Source: Fimbriosthenelais zetlandica
Lineage: Eukaryota
Length of the DNA: 64,000 bases
Direction of reading: 5' to 3'
Assembly: GCA_977030845.1 (NCBI GenBank)
Contig: OZ365112.1
Coordinates: 27,156,001-27,220,000 of the forward strand
Shown here in pieces: positions 62,855-64,000 of this stretch. Every line of letters begins with the position of its first letter. Positions within the stretch are counted from its first letter, which is position 1. The notes beneath the pieces are model-generated. The model was not told where the DNA came from. It ran no database searches and was given only the letters and a program-made list of their open reading frames with translations. The position numbers and the translations under genes were made by a program.

Positions 62855-64000
62855 GAGTCAGCTGAATATATGCCTTTTATAAGAACCATGCCTCCCTTGA
62901 CCACACAGCCTGTCTTGTCATGGTGGGATGCTTTAGTAGGGGACTGTTCTGGGGTGTCCACTGTCCCCCTCACCCCCATACCATAAACATCACCTGAAGA
63001 CGGGACGAACTAGTAAGGCATTATAGGCAGGCTGGGGCGTGAAAGCACATTAACTCCCACCACCCACCCCTCAATAAAACATGATTTAAACTGCAAGCTG
63101 CTGGCTGGTGCACCTACTGCTCACCCTCCCTCTCCCTCTCTCCCTTCCTGGCTCAGTGATATTCAATATCGGCGAAAAGGACCTGCCATATGTGGCCTGC
63201 CTTCCGTGTACTTTAGGTAATGACTATGACAAAATATGACAAGAAAACTTTGATTCAATATCCATACACTTGGTTTTATCAAGTAAAGTTATAAAGTCTT
63301 AATTTATGATCTGGTCGAAAATTGACACTTGTCCTTGGCATTTCCAATGCTGGCGATATTAGCCTGGGTGTATGAGGCATTTTCTTATACTACTACGCTT
63401 ATGAAGCACATTTCAAACCATCGCTTGGCTCGTGTTCAAACCTTCCAGACTCCTCGTTTGATAAGAGTTTCTTAGCAAGAAATTAGATATGATCTGTATA
63501 GTCAACATATATAATAGATCTCTTGTTTATTCTAAGCTGGATATTAAAATCTTTGATTTCTGCTCAATGGGTTCGTTTGCCTTTGCTCCCTGAGACAAAA
63601 TAGCATTTCTATATACTACTTTCATTTCTATATTGCGCTTCCCATACTTCTCTGTCGATATTGCGAGTTAACGTTAAGAGTCTTGGAAGTTTTTTAAAGG
63701 CTTGAATCACAGCGAACGACTCCCAATATAGATCGTATAATAATATAAGTCATGGTATTCATTCTAATACTCCCATGAGATTAATTATATACAGCCATGC
63801 AAGCTTCATTATTTGCAGCTATGTTTTCCTCAAACCCCCAGATGAGATTTCCCATCTTTTTAGTCTGAGATAATAACCAGAACTTGCATGTTACTGTTAT
63901 TAATCAGGTATAAAACCAAACCCTCCCTCTTGTCGTTACCAAACCTGGGTATACCACTCGAGTGAAAAGAAAAAGGGTCAATAATCACTAAAACGTTCTT

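Overview
64 kb of AT-rich (about 40% GC by eye) animal genomic DNA, most likely from a non-vertebrate metazoan; the taxon cannot be established. I recognise no protein-coding gene, RNA gene, CRISPR array or autonomous transposon ORF, and the supplied ORFs look like chance or low-complexity frames. What the sequence supports: (1) about 22 copies of one tRNA-headed SINE family whose central domain resembles the MetaSINE 'Meta' domain (from memory, not aligned). Nineteen copies are on + and 3 on -. In 7 copies a ~43-bp hairpin-forming sub-unit is tandemly amplified 2-6 times, and in one it is deleted. (2) Fragments of a TA-flanked Tc1/mariner-type MITE family. (3) GA-rich tracts that are purine-on-plus almost throughout, G/C runs, a 31-bp minisatellite and a near-perfect 258-bp tandem duplication. 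(4) Many homotypic transcription-factor motif clusters (RFX X-boxes, GATA, nuclear-receptor DR1, E-box, SOX, NF-Y, COE) and several promoter-like patches. Working model (inference): the window is the intronic 5'/regulatory part of a long minus-strand gene, with candidate non-coding exons and a possible start-codon exon near 4.8 kb, the gene body lying left of the window. I found no convincing new multi-gene system. The best leads are the expandable SINE hairpin module, the strand asymmetry and the X-box enrichment.
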